The notes below the pieces were generated by a model. It saw only the letters and a list, made by a program, of their open reading frames with translations, was not told the DNA's origin and did not search any database. DNA of 64,000 bases from Candidatus Poriferihabitaceae bacterium (GTDB taxonomy: Bacteria; Pseudomonadota; Gammaproteobacteria; Arenicellales; Poriferihabitantaceae): NCBI GenBank assembly GCA_965221795.1, contig OZ244914.1, positions 1,466,030 to 1,530,029 of the forward strand, read 5' to 3'. The position numbers were made by a program, and so were the translations under genes. Positions 26,513-36,071 of the stretch are shown here, piece by piece (the stretch's first letter is position 1; each line of letters starts with the position of its first letter).

Positions 26513-28900
26513 ATGAAAAAAATGACCGATCAGGAACTCAAGGACCGCCTGGGTGACTATTTCGCGCCTGAAGGTCTCTACCAACTCACCAAGGAGATGT
26601 CGTTCCTTGGCAAAGTGACCTGCAATGTGGAGCGGTTGGTCGCTGGTGAGTGGACGGAGATCATTCTGGATTATGAGGTTGGAGCATCCGGGATGGCAGA
26701 CGGTGCCTGGTTCAAAGCCACCTTCAAGTTCTATTCCGACTGGGCATTGTTTCAGACCGTCGACCCGAAAGCCGCCAACTATGTCTCGGTGGAGTATCAG
26801 GCCGGACCCTGTACAGTAGGACAAAGCCCGGCCACGGTTCAGTCTCTCAAGGTCCGGTTCGACCAGAAAGGCCATGAGCGTCCGTTTCAGAAAGCCATTA
26901 TTGTGGACACGGTAGACGGTTACCTGAAGCCGGGTGATCACATCATTATCCGTATGGGGGATCGTCGTCATGGGGGTCCCGGCACCCGGGTCCAGACTTT
27001 CGTTGAAAAGGCTTTCCGGTTCCGTTGCTATTGTGACCCTTTGGGCACGTCCCGATGTGCCGCGGTGATGCCGGATACTGCAATCGATATCGTACCGGGC
27101 CGCCCGGAGCAACTGGTCCTCGTCGCTTCCAGAATGGCGCGGACTGGGGCAGAAGTCCCATTGCGGGTACGGGTGGAGGATGTCTGGGGAAATACCGGTT
27201 GGGATTGCGGTGGCAATGTGGAGTTGCAGATCCGCCGGGATGGGCGGTGGGTGGATACACGGACCGTGACTCTCGCAAACCAGGGCTGGGCAGTGGCTCA
27301 GGTCAGCGGTTTGCCGACCGAACAGCCGGGGGAACTGGAAATTCTCGCAAGGCATCTGGACTGGCCTTGGATACCGGAAAAAGTCTTTTATCTCACCGTC
27401 GACGATCAATTTGCCTTTATGCGGGATTATTACGGCGACCTCCATGTCCACTCGGACGATACAGTGGGCACCAATGACACCACTTACAACCTGACCTATG
27501 GGCGGGATGTGGCCGGTCTGGATGTACTCGGCTATACCGCTAATGACTTCAACATTACCAAGGCCCGGTGGGATCATGCCGTGGAACTGATCCACCAGAT
27601 CAATGAAGACGGGGAGTTTGTCTGTTATCCCGGAACTGAATGGTGCGGCAGTTCCTGCGCCGGGGGAGATCACAATGTGGTTTTTCTCCGCGATGGCCCC
27701 CCCGAATTTCCATTTGACCGCGATGGCAATGTGTGCCGTTCCTTTGAATGGAATGAGGATATGGCGGCCGACACGATCGAACCCGGAGCCTGGCCGCTGG
27801 AGGAATTATGGGCCACCTACATCCATGACCCGGAAGGGCATCTGTTGATGCCTCATGTGGGCGGACGCCGATGCATCATGGATTGGCATCATCCGGTTCT
27901 GGAGCGACTGGTGGAAATTGAGTCGGCTTGGGGGCATTTCCCCTGGCTCTATGAAGAGGTCATGCGTCGTGGCTACAAGCTGGGGGCTTCTGCGAATGGG
28001 GATGAGCATCGTGGCCGTTGTGGCGGGGGAGTGCCCGGTACCGCCGTCTTTGGTACCAAAGGCGGAGTGACCGGTATCCTGGCACCTGCACTGGACCGGG
28101 CCGAAGTGGGAGTGGCATTGCGTGCACGGCATACCTTTGCGACCACCGGGGAACGGATCGCGGGGTTCCTGCAATGTGGCGAAGGAATCCAGGGGGATGA
28201 AATTGACTGCCAGGGCAGCGCCAAGGTCCACTACCGGTTTCTTGGGGATGTCGGCTGGGACGAGATTGTGGCCGTAGACCATACCGGCCCTTTCTGGCAC
28301 CGGAACCTGCAGCGCGAAGCCGGATTTTCTGATCGACGCATTCGGATCAGTTGGGGGGGGGCAAGGATTCGGGACCGCTATCGGTGGGCCGCATGGAAAG
28401 GGACGATTACCATCCGCAATGGAGTGATCAACCGGTTCCAGGGATTGGGTTTTGAGCATCCGGAGGAAAGCTGCTGGAGACAGTCTGCGACCACCATTGG
28501 CTTTGCCTCAGACACTTACGGGGATACGGATGCCATCGAAATTGATCTCATCGGTCTTCAGGATGCCACCGTTCAGATCAAGGGCACCATTGATGGATAT
28601 GTCAAGGTCGGAAATCCGCTGGATGGCAATCCGTTCGCCCACTGCCCGGAATTTGATCTTACCCTGTCGGGCCAGGAACTGCTTGACAGTGAAGGCTCCA
28701 TTCGCAAGGAACTTGGCGGTGCGGAACTGTTCGTCTCGGCGGATCGAATCAGTGAATCGAACCTGCCGAGGGATGTAAGCGGAACCCTTGACATTGAACC
28801 GGAAAACGGGCCCGGTGGCTTCCGGCCCGTCTACCTCATGGGGCGCCAGGTCGATGATTCCAAAGTCTGGACTTCTGCCCTGTTCATCACATTTCTCTGA
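26513..28900 (+). CDS. 795-aa hypothetical protein with an HxH metal-hydrolase-like core (PHP/DUF3604-like?)
   Basis: Internal ATG of track ORF 26129..28900, with GAGGAG 7 nt upstream. About 330-residue N-terminal region, then ..YYGDLHVHSDDTVGTND..GYTANDF..YPGTEWCG..GGDHNVVF..GASANGDEHRG... The family assignment is uncertain. Confidence 0.7.
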   Translation: MKKMTDQELKDRLGDYFAPEGLYQLTKEMSFLGKVTCNVERLVAGEWTEIILDYEVGASGMADGAWFKATFKFYSDWALFQTVDPKAANYVSVEYQAGPCTVGQSPATVQSLKVRFDQKGHERPFQKAIIVDTVDGYLKPGDHIIIRMGDRRHGGPGTRVQTFVEKAFRFRCYCDPLGTSRCAAVMPDTAIDIVPGRPEQLVLVASRMARTGAEVPLRVRVEDVWGNTGWDCGGNVELQIRRDGRWVDTRTVTLANQGWAVAQVSGLPTEQPGELEILARHLDWPWIPEKVFYLTVDDQFAFMRDYYGDLHVHSDDTVGTNDTTYNLTYGRDVAGLDVLGYTANDFNITKARWDHAVELIHQINEDGEFVCYPGTEWCGSSCAGGDHNVVFLRDGPPEFPFDRDGNVCRSFEWNEDMAADTIEPGAWPLEELWATYIHDPEGHLLMPHVGGRRCIMDWHHPVLERLVEIESAWGHFPWLYEEVMRRGYKLGASANGDEHRGRCGGGVPGTAVFGTKGGVTGILAPALDRAEVGVALRARHTFATTGERIAGFLQCGEGIQGDEIDCQGSAKVHYRFLGDVGWDEIVAVDHTGPFWHRNLQREAGFSDRRIRISWGGARIRDRYRWAAWKGTITIRNGVINRFQGLGFEHPEESCWRQSATTIGFASDTYGDTDAIEIDLIGLQDATVQIKGTIDGYVKVGNPLDGNPFAHCPEFDLTLSGQELLDSEGSIRKELGGAELFVSADRISESNLPRDVSGTLDIEPENGPGGFRPVYLMGRQVDDSKVWTSALFITFL

Positions 28901-29017
28901 GGGACATGGATTGGGGACCGGCTTCCCTTATCCATGGCTGCATCCCGGTGAGCTTTTTGCCATCCAGAGTTCGAGCGGCTCTGGGTGTCAACCCAGTCCA
29001 CCAGCGGACGCATGATA

Positions 29018-29038
29018 CTTCCCGTTGGTAACGGGAAG
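29018..29038. terminator. 9-bp perfect stem-loop between convergent genes
   Basis: cttcccgtt ggt aacgggaag, lying 32 nt past the stop of the minus-strand gene (29070) and 118 nt past the plus-strand stop (28900). No clear U-tract on either strand. Confidence 0.35.
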
Positions 29039-29069
29039 CAGCCGTAGCAGGCAATCCGAACGGAGCGGT

Positions 29070-29945
29070 TCAGGAAGCGGCTTCCAGGCCGTGGTGTCGG
29101 TAGATGGCAGCGGTGGCGCTTCCTACCAGGTACTGAAAAGCCGCCCTGGCAACCGAAAGGGACTCATTGACCAGGCCAACCGCATAGCGGGTGGTGATGT
29201 TATGCACGCCTTCCGGCAGTGGAATCCGGTCAAAAAGATCCGGAAATATCCGCTGGTAGCGAAGTGCCAGATGGTCGTAGACCAGGGCAACATCGGCCTG
29301 TCCATCCGCGATGGCCTGGGGGGCTTCCCGGTGATGGATCTTTTCCCCGAACAGTACCCCCTGCCTGGACTGAAGCAGGTTATGGATGTCGGACGCCTCC
29401 AGCCCCGCCTGGGCGGCCAGCCCTTCCAGGGTTTGCCGGTACACCTGGTGACTGGCGCTCTCTGTCACCGGATTCGACAGGAAGAGTCGTACATCGTCTC
29501 GCAGGAGGTCGCCTACCTCCTGAATTTGTTTGGGGTTGTGCCGACGAACCAGGAAACTGTTGCCCCGACTGCGAGCAAACACCGCTGTGCGGCCAACGGT
29601 ATGCTGTGCGGCCAGTTGGCTCAGGATGTCGTCGGGACCAATCACGAGATCTGGCAAGACACTGAGACGTAAATTACCAATTGCGATGGTCCCGGAACGC
29701 ATCCAGTCCAGATACACCTTCGGGGGGGTGGTGCAGTAAAAGACGGATGCCAATCGGTGGTGGGCGCGAAATGATTCCAGTGTCTCCTCAAGGGCCATAT
29801 GGTGATTACCGTCCGAGAAGACCCGCAGTTCCGATACCGAAGGATCACCGTGGAAATCCAGGCAACAGTTGCCATGGGAATGGAACCATGTATGGTGTGG
29901 CAGGGCTGGGTCGATCGCGTTTTCCGGCGGCCATTTCAGTTGCAT
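29070..29945 (-). CDS. Periplasmic-binding-protein-fold (molybdate/sulfate-type PBP-like) protein without a signal peptide
   Basis: Internal ATG (MQLKWPPENA..) of track ORF 29070..30155. ..LRVFSDGNHHMALEE.. and ..ADVALVYDHLALRY.. fit a type II PBP fold. An alternative start at 30020 cannot be excluded. Confidence 0.55.
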   Translation of the reverse strand: MQLKWPPENAIDPALPHHTWFHSHGNCCLDFHGDPSVSELRVFSDGNHHMALEETLESFRAHHRLASVFYCTTPPKVYLDWMRSGTIAIGNLRLSVLPDLVIGPDDILSQLAAQHTVGRTAVFARSRGNSFLVRRHNPKQIQEVGDLLRDDVRLFLSNPVTESASHQVYRQTLEGLAAQAGLEASDIHNLLQSRQGVLFGEKIHHREAPQAIADGQADVALVYDHLALRYQRIFPDLFDRIPLPEGVHNITTRYAVGLVNESLSVARAAFQYLVGSATAAIYRHHGLEAAS

Positions 29946-30018
29946 GAATACCCCACAGGAAAGGGAAGTTAGGGCATTATAACGGAACTGCCAACGCAGA
30001 CCATACCCTATTGAATCC

Positions 30019-30744
30019 ATGGTAATCCAATCCCTTTCGCCAGGGCCGTCGACCAGTTTGCTGGAAACCCTTTCTGTGGGGGACCGGAACGAACTTTTCC
30101 GGATCGGTACCATGATCCGGTTGGAGAAAAACGCCCTCATTTTCCGGGCCGGCACTCCCAGCGACTATGTCTATGTGATCCTGAATGGTCGGGCCAAGAT
30201 TTACGAACTCTCGCCCCAAGGCAAAGAAGTCATCATGTGGTTCTGCTTCTCCGGCGAATTGTTCGGGCTGGCGGAGGTATGGCGTGGAACCCATCGGGAT
30301 GTGTATGCCCAGGCCTGCAGCCCGGTGGAACTGGTCCGGTTTGAGCGGGCGCAATTCCAGCAACACCTGGTCAACCATCCGGTATTGGCCATGCAGGTGA
30401 TTGATATCCTTTCCGAGCGATTGCGGATCCTGGGCGAGATGTTGCTCAACCTGACCTCAAGTGATGTCACCCTGCGCCTGGTCAAGTTACTGGTACGCCT
30501 GTTTCAACGCTATGGCCGCTGCCGGGACGGCAGGATCTATATCGACATTCCACTGACCCATCAGGAAATGGCTGACATGATCGGCTGCTGCCGACAGACC
30601 GTCACCTCCACCCTTGGTGCTCTCAAGCGGACACAGGGCCTGAATTCCGACCGCAGGATGCTGTATCTCAACGCCCCGTCGCCGGAAGCTGCAGCCAAGA
30701 GGCTGATCCAGTTTGCAAAAGCACTCAGCGACGCATCAACCTGA
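30019..30744 (+). CDS. Crp/Fnr family transcriptional regulator
   Basis: Track ORF, 241 aa. cNMP-binding-like N-half (..ALIFRAGTPSDYVYVILNGRAKIYELSPQGKEVIMWFCFSGELFGLAE..) and C-terminal HTH (..LTHQEMADMIGCCRQTVTSTLGALK..). Confidence 0.85.
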   Translation: MVIQSLSPGPSTSLLETLSVGDRNELFRIGTMIRLEKNALIFRAGTPSDYVYVILNGRAKIYELSPQGKEVIMWFCFSGELFGLAEVWRGTHRDVYAQACSPVELVRFERAQFQQHLVNHPVLAMQVIDILSERLRILGEMLLNLTSSDVTLRLVKLLVRLFQRYGRCRDGRIYIDIPLTHQEMADMIGCCRQTVTSTLGALKRTQGLNSDRRMLYLNAPSPEAAAKRLIQFAKALSDAST

Positions 30745-30928
30745 TCGCGAAAGGGGCTGGCCAAACGGCTACCGGGATATTTTGTCGTCCAAGCGACATA
30801 AAGTGTGCCGAGAGCAGGTATAAGATTTTTGCACAATTCGGTTCATCTATGGAGTGGCTGCCACCTTGACGGCCGGGAAACCTCATTCCCACTGCTCCAG
30901 ATTATTACGACACCAAGGGGACAATATC

Positions 30929-31873
30929 ATGCCGAAATCATTGCTCAGAGTTGCGGGGCTGGTTCTCGCCAGTGTGTTGGTGATTCCAACCTCCATGGCA
31001 GAATATCCGGAAAGACCGATCACGTTTATGACCATGGTGCAGCCGGGAGCCCAGATTGACCGTCTGGCCCGTGGCCTTGCAGAACGGTTCAGCAAGGATC
31101 TCGGCCAGCCAGTCAATGTCAAAAATGTCACTGGTGGGTCCCATGGCAGTGTGATGGCGACCGAACTCAGCAAATCCAAGGCCGATGGGTACACGCTAGG
31201 GGTTGCGGCAGTAACCGCCTATACCTATCAGCCTCATCATTCTCCCGTGAAGTATGGATTTGACGATTTCGATTATCTCAGCCTGGTGGCGTTGAACTCC
31301 AGTGGATTCATCGCCTTGCCCGATCGGCCATGGAATACCCTGAAAGAAGCGTTCCAATGGGCCAAAGCTAACAATGAGGCACTCATCTGCATGTTTCATG
31401 GTGCCGATGACCGCGATGCAATCCAGCGCATAGCAAAGTCCGAAGGCGTGAATATTTCGCTGATCCCCAGCAAGGGTGGGCCGTCAGTCATCAAGGCCGT
31501 GACCGGAGGGCATGCGGACATCGGCTATGTGGGCGCGATACTGTATGAACATGTCCGCGCTGGCCGGCTCAAGCTGCTGGCCTCGGCTCTCAACGAGCGC
31601 CTTCCGCCCCTGCCGGATGTCCCCACACTCAAGGAACAGGGGTATGACGAGGCGGTGGAGATGATTGTCGGGCTGGTAGCACCCAAAGGCCTGCCCGACG
31701 AGGTTTCTGCCCGGATCGGTTCAGCTGTGGATCGGCTTGCCAATGATCCGGATACCAATGCATTCATCACGGAACAACTGCTCATGCTGCCGGTGACATG
31801 GGGCCGGGAGTCCGCCGAGCAATCCCTTCGCGACCTCTATGCCCTGTTCGGAGAACAGGCCAAGAATCAGTAA
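30929..31873 (+). CDS. tctC: Tripartite tricarboxylate transporter substrate-binding protein (Bug/TctC family)
   Basis: Internal ATG of track ORF 30854..31873, with AAGGGGA upstream. Signal peptide MPKSLLRVAGLVLASVLVIPTSMA, then EYPERPITFM..NVTGGSHGSVMA.. Confidence 0.8.
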   Translation: MPKSLLRVAGLVLASVLVIPTSMAEYPERPITFMTMVQPGAQIDRLARGLAERFSKDLGQPVNVKNVTGGSHGSVMATELSKSKADGYTLGVAAVTAYTYQPHHSPVKYGFDDFDYLSLVALNSSGFIALPDRPWNTLKEAFQWAKANNEALICMFHGADDRDAIQRIAKSEGVNISLIPSKGGPSVIKAVTGGHADIGYVGAILYEHVRAGRLKLLASALNERLPPLPDVPTLKEQGYDEAVEMIVGLVAPKGLPDEVSARIGSAVDRLANDPDTNAFITEQLLMLPVTWGRESAEQSLRDLYALFGEQAKNQ

Positions 31874-31919
31874 TGGGAATGCTGTGATTCCGGGGATGGC
31901 CCGTGGATAGGGGGTCGCC

Positions 31920-32423
31920 TTGACTCGAGTACAGCGGGACTTGCTGACCAATGTACTGATCGTACTGGTCAGTGTCTATTTTGTGTTCTGGGGTATTCCG
32001 TTGTATACCCCTCCGTATCCGGGATACGGAGCATCCCCGGCGCTGGTTCCCTATGTCGTGGTGGGCGTCATGTGCTTCATGGCCGTTCTGGCTATGGTAC
32101 GAACCGTGCTGGCGAGACGGGGCGGGGCGGAGTTGAACGAAGCGGAACGGGCATATCCGGACGATAGCGGAAAATCGGGATTTACCCAAGTGGGTCGACT
32201 CGATCTGGTGCACCTGGCCAAGTTCATGGTGCCTGCTGTGTTATTGGTGATTGGCATCCATACCATCGGGTATATCCCTTCTGCCCTCGGTTTCCTGGTG
32301 CTGCTCCAGTACCTGATGGGGGCGCGGAATCTGGTCACGATCGGGCTGCTGGCCATGGTTGCGGTCGCGCTGATGTATGCGGCCATGCGCTATGGATTCG
32401 GGGTGCCCATCCCGGGCTATTGA
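31920..32423 (+). CDS. tctB: TctB-family small membrane subunit
   Basis: Track ORF (TTG start), 167 aa with four hydrophobic segments, lying between the tctC-like and tctA-like genes. Confidence 0.7.
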   Translation: MTRVQRDLLTNVLIVLVSVYFVFWGIPLYTPPYPGYGASPALVPYVVVGVMCFMAVLAMVRTVLARRGGAELNEAERAYPDDSGKSGFTQVGRLDLVHLAKFMVPAVLLVIGIHTIGYIPSALGFLVLLQYLMGARNLVTIGLLAMVAVALMYAAMRYGFGVPIPGY

Positions 32424-32447
32424 CCGTGATGTGAACAGGCTTCGCCG

Positions 32448-33941
32448 ATGGAACTGATACTCGCCGGCCTGATGGACTCGCTGTCCCCTGTGAGTCTGCT
32501 GTATGTGTTCGTAGGCGTGGCGACCGGGGTGGCAATCGGGGCAGTTCCGGGGATCAACGGCCCCATGGCGATTGCGCTGTTCATCCCGCTGACCTATTAC
32601 ATGTCGCCATTGGCCGCCATTGGATTTCTGGTTGGCCTGAATAAGGGTGCCTTCTTTGGGGGTGCGATCTCGGCGGTATTGCTGCGGACGCCGGGGACGC
32701 CGGAAGCCGCGGCGACCACCTGGGACGGATTTCCCCTGACCGAACAGGGCAAGGGCGAAAAGGCCCTCCGAATGGCACTGTATAGTTCCGTCTCCGGGGA
32801 TTTCATTTCGACCATCGTGCTGGTGATGATTGCGGCCCCGTTGGCCACCGTGGCGTTGTACATGGGACCGCCAGAAATGTTTGCCTTGATCTCACTGGCA
32901 CTCACGGTTATTGCCGGGATTGGTACAAAGTCCATTTCACGGGGTCTGGTGGCTGCCGCCGCTGGTCTGTTGGTGGGTATGATCGGGACCGAGCCAGTAA
33001 CGGCATTACCCCGGCTGACATTTGACATCTACCAATTGGAAAGTGGGCTGTCCCTGATCCCGGTAGCCATTGGCCTACTGGCCTTTTCTGAAATTCTGAT
33101 CCAACTGGAAACCATCAATCGGGCTTCCGGGGCCCGGGAGGCGGCGAGAAGCTTTTCCCAAAAACCCGAAGACCGGTTTGTTTCCCTGAAAGAGTATTGC
33201 CGGAATCTCAAAACCTTGCTGCGCTCCAGTGCCATTGGGATCGGGGTAGGCGCGATGCCCGGACTGGGGGCACCGGTGGCCTCCTTTCTGTCCTATGACC
33301 AGGCCCTGAAACGTTCCCGGAAACCGGACGAGTTTGGCAAGGGACGTCTGGAAGGGATCGCAGCATCGGAGGCGGCGAACAGTGCCGTAGTGGGTGCAAG
33401 CCTGATTCCCCTGTTCGTGCTCGGCATTCCCGGCAATCTGGCAGTCGCAATGCTCATGGGGGCGTTCATGATTCATGGCATGATGCCAGGGCCCCTCCTG
33501 TTCGAAGAGAATGCGCAGTTGATGTATGGCGTGTTCGGCAGCTTGGTCATCGCAAGCTTCTTCCTGCTCCTCATTGGTCGGTTTGGCCTCAGGTTGTTTT
33601 GCAAGGCGGTCCAGATTCCTGCTGTCATACTGTACCCATTGGTCGTCTTCACTTGCATCATGGGGGCTTATTTGGGCCAGTCTTCCATGTTCGATGTTAT
33701 GGTCATGCTGGTATTCGGCATTATTGGATACTTCATGCGGAAGCTTGACTTTTCGTATGTGGCCTTCCTGATCGGATTTATCCTGGTACCCGAGTGGGAA
33801 CGGGCATTACAGCAAGTCGTCATTACCTCCCAGTTCGATCCGTTCCTGTTCTTCCGCCGCCCTGTAGCCGTGTTGTTAATGGCTCTGACCGTTTTCGTGG
33901 TCGTTCGGACCTTCTGGATTGGGATGCGGAGGAAACCGTAA
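32448..33941 (+). CDS. tctA: TctA-family large permease
   Basis: Track ORF, 497 aa. ..GVATGVAIGAVPGINGPMAIALFIPLTY..GTPEAAATTWDGFPL..GASLIPLFVLGIPGN.. Confidence 0.85.
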   Translation: MELILAGLMDSLSPVSLLYVFVGVATGVAIGAVPGINGPMAIALFIPLTYYMSPLAAIGFLVGLNKGAFFGGAISAVLLRTPGTPEAAATTWDGFPLTEQGKGEKALRMALYSSVSGDFISTIVLVMIAAPLATVALYMGPPEMFALISLALTVIAGIGTKSISRGLVAAAAGLLVGMIGTEPVTALPRLTFDIYQLESGLSLIPVAIGLLAFSEILIQLETINRASGAREAARSFSQKPEDRFVSLKEYCRNLKTLLRSSAIGIGVGAMPGLGAPVASFLSYDQALKRSRKPDEFGKGRLEGIAASEAANSAVVGASLIPLFVLGIPGNLAVAMLMGAFMIHGMMPGPLLFEENAQLMYGVFGSLVIASFFLLLIGRFGLRLFCKAVQIPAVILYPLVVFTCIMGAYLGQSSMFDVMVMLVFGIIGYFMRKLDFSYVAFLIGFILVPEWERALQQVVITSQFDPFLFFRRPVAVLLMALTVFVVVRTFWIGMRRKP

Positions 33942-34151
33942 GGCCTGCAGGTACGATCACCGCGCCTCCGGGGTGCACCCCAGGACAAGGTATCCCGGAA
34001 GTCTCATATCCGGCAGCCCGTATGCCGACCTTGGACTCTGTTGGAAGGATGCGACTCTTCCCTATCTCCGGAAATGAGGGCTGGAGCAACGGACTATTGA
34101 TCGAATGGTGGTGGTCAGCGGAATCTTCCTGATCAATAAATGAGCCCGTGT

Positions 34152-34796
34152 TCATTGCGACCCCAGAAGAGCCAGAACCTGCTGCCGCATCTGGGCCGGC
34201 TCTGTGAAATTTACCTCGATTTCCTGTATCCGATCAGCTTCTGCAAGGGCCAGCGCCGGAAATCCCCGGATGCCGTAACGCCGCACCTGGGCCATTTCCG
34301 AATCGTGGTTCGCGCGGGTTTCGGCAGAATTCAGGTCGACCTGGAAGCGGCCCGAATCCAGACCGACCTCTCCTGCCAACGCTACCAGGGTGTCCCGTTC
34401 GGATGGGTTACGTGCATTGAGGTAATAGGCTTCCTGGATCGCCCGGATCATAGCCTCCCCATAGGCCTCGCCCTGTCGACGTGCGGCGATCACGGCCCGG
34501 CAAGCAGGCCAGGTAGAGCGGCGGGGCTGGCATCGGGTCCAGAATTCGAAATTGAATCGGGTACCCGGCACCCGTTGCCCGATAACCGACCAGGTCTGCT
34601 GCAGGTGACGTTGCATGGAAACCGGCATGGGTTCGTTCTGGTCGGGAGCCAGCCCACCCAGCAGCCTGCAGATTCGAAGCCGGCTCTGGCAGACCAATTC
34701 CAATGATGCCCTGAGCACCTCCCAGGACGGCGTGAAAGCCCAGCACCAGGAGCACATCGGATCGTGGGCATAATACAGCGTCGCCACTCCCGTCAT
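34152..34796 (-). CDS. DsbA-family thioredoxin-fold protein
   Basis: Track ORF 34152..34814 (start at Met7 or Met1). ..LYYAHDPMCSWCWAF.. is a CxxC motif in a DsbA-like context. Confidence 0.75.
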   Translation of the reverse strand: MTGVATLYYAHDPMCSWCWAFTPSWEVLRASLELVCQSRLRICRLLGGLAPDQNEPMPVSMQRHLQQTWSVIGQRVPGTRFNFEFWTRCQPRRSTWPACRAVIAARRQGEAYGEAMIRAIQEAYYLNARNPSERDTLVALAGEVGLDSGRFQVDLNSAETRANHDSEMAQVRRYGIRGFPALALAEADRIQEIEVNFTEPAQMRQQVLALLGSQ

Positions 34797-35223
34797 CCCG
34801 TCCCACCCCCACATGACCGTCCGGGTCGCTCACCAAACTCCACGGACACCTGCCGGGGCGTTGACCGGCCCACCAAGCCGTCCGCATACGGATGGCGTGA
34901 CATGCTTTGCCCAGCAGCTTTCACTCGATCAAAACTATCGTCCCTATCATTATCGGAATTCGCTACAGATCATATGGAGTCCCGTGGAGACCGCCCGAAC
35001 AGGAGCCGATCTCTGGACAATCTTGCGTCAGCCCTGATTGACCGGGCAGGATGCCGGTGTCCGACCTGGCACATCAAAGAGCCGAGAGCTTTCTGGAACA
35101 CCGCACTTCCAAGTGGGACATCATATCACGGTTAGGAAAGGGAAAAGGCATTACGAACGCTCGTCCGTTGGCCACATGGGCCAGGGCGTTGGCAAAGAGA
35201 TGCGGCTCAACCGCCGAATCGAG

Positions 35224-35229
35224 TATAAT
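35224..35229 (+). promoter_or_regulatory. Perfect TATAAT hexamer upstream of the nnrU-like gene
   Basis: tataat at 35224-35229, 27-39 nt upstream of the candidate starts. No good -35 at 17-nt spacing (TTGGCA at 35189 is 29 nt away). Confidence 0.25.
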
Positions 35230-35255
35230 TGGTCCACACATTGATCCAGTAGTAG

Positions 35256-35816
35256 GTGCTGTTCGCAATGGGATTGTTTATTGTTGGGATGGTGGTGTTT
35301 TTTGGGGTTCACCTGTTTCCCATTCTGGTCAACATGAGACAGAATTTGATCGGGGTGCTTGGGGGAACATGGTACAAGACCGTATTCGCCATCCTTTCTG
35401 TCGTCGGGTTTTTGCTCATGCTGTATGGCTGGAGATCCTTGCCCTACGTACCGGTTTTTCAACCACCTGCAATCAGCCTGCCGCTGTCGCAGTTGGTCAT
35501 GCTGCCAGCATTTATCTTGCTGGTCGCCGCCTATATCCCTTGCCGAATCCGCCGATGGGTTGGTCATCCCATGATCTTTGCCGTGCTGCTGTGGTCGCTG
35601 GTTCATGTTCTGGCGAATGGTGACCAGGCATCATTACTCCTGTTTGGGGCTTTCCTGTTGTACTCGATCGCCAACTGGATTTCGATGGTACAACGCCAAT
35701 CAGGCGAGCCGGCCAAGACCCGTCCCCATTACGACTGGATTGTCGTGGCAGTAGGGATTTCGGTGTATTTCGGGGCCTATTATCTGCACGGAGAACTCAT
35801 TGCCCCAATTGGGTAG
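35256..35816 (+). CDS. NnrU-family membrane protein
   Basis: Track ORF (GTG at 35256; an ATG at 35268 is equally plausible). ..GLFIVGMVVFFGVHLFP..HPMIFAVLLWSLVHVLANGD.. Confidence 0.75.
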   Translation: MLFAMGLFIVGMVVFFGVHLFPILVNMRQNLIGVLGGTWYKTVFAILSVVGFLLMLYGWRSLPYVPVFQPPAISLPLSQLVMLPAFILLVAAYIPCRIRRWVGHPMIFAVLLWSLVHVLANGDQASLLLFGAFLLYSIANWISMVQRQSGEPAKTRPHYDWIVVAVGISVYFGAYYLHGELIAPIG

Positions 35817-36071
35817 TACGGTTGCTGGTCCGCATCCCACCAGGATATCGACCATTGATGATGGAAGTCATGCTCCATGCGGCAAGGGACCCCGAGCCGG
35901 GGGTACTGGAGTTGCCTAATATTGACTCTGCAAGGGCTCCCGTGGACCATGGGTCCGATCAGGAGTGCCAAAAATCCCATATGGGAGCAGGATGGTGCGC
36001 CGAAACATCCGGGAAATGGCGGTTGGGAGGAATTCGATTCGCTGTGTCGCTGATCGCTGCGCCGATGTAGC

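Noticed and set aside
26465-27673. 402-aa minus-strand ORF, with similar long antisense ORFs at 40833..41936+, 45378..46250+, 52809..53951+, 54948..55895+ and 20607..21566-
   Set aside because: Each is antisense to a gene with clear family motifs (HxH protein, pyrD, secreted protein, ABC permease, SBP, FAH/amidohydrolase), and none has protein-like conservation.
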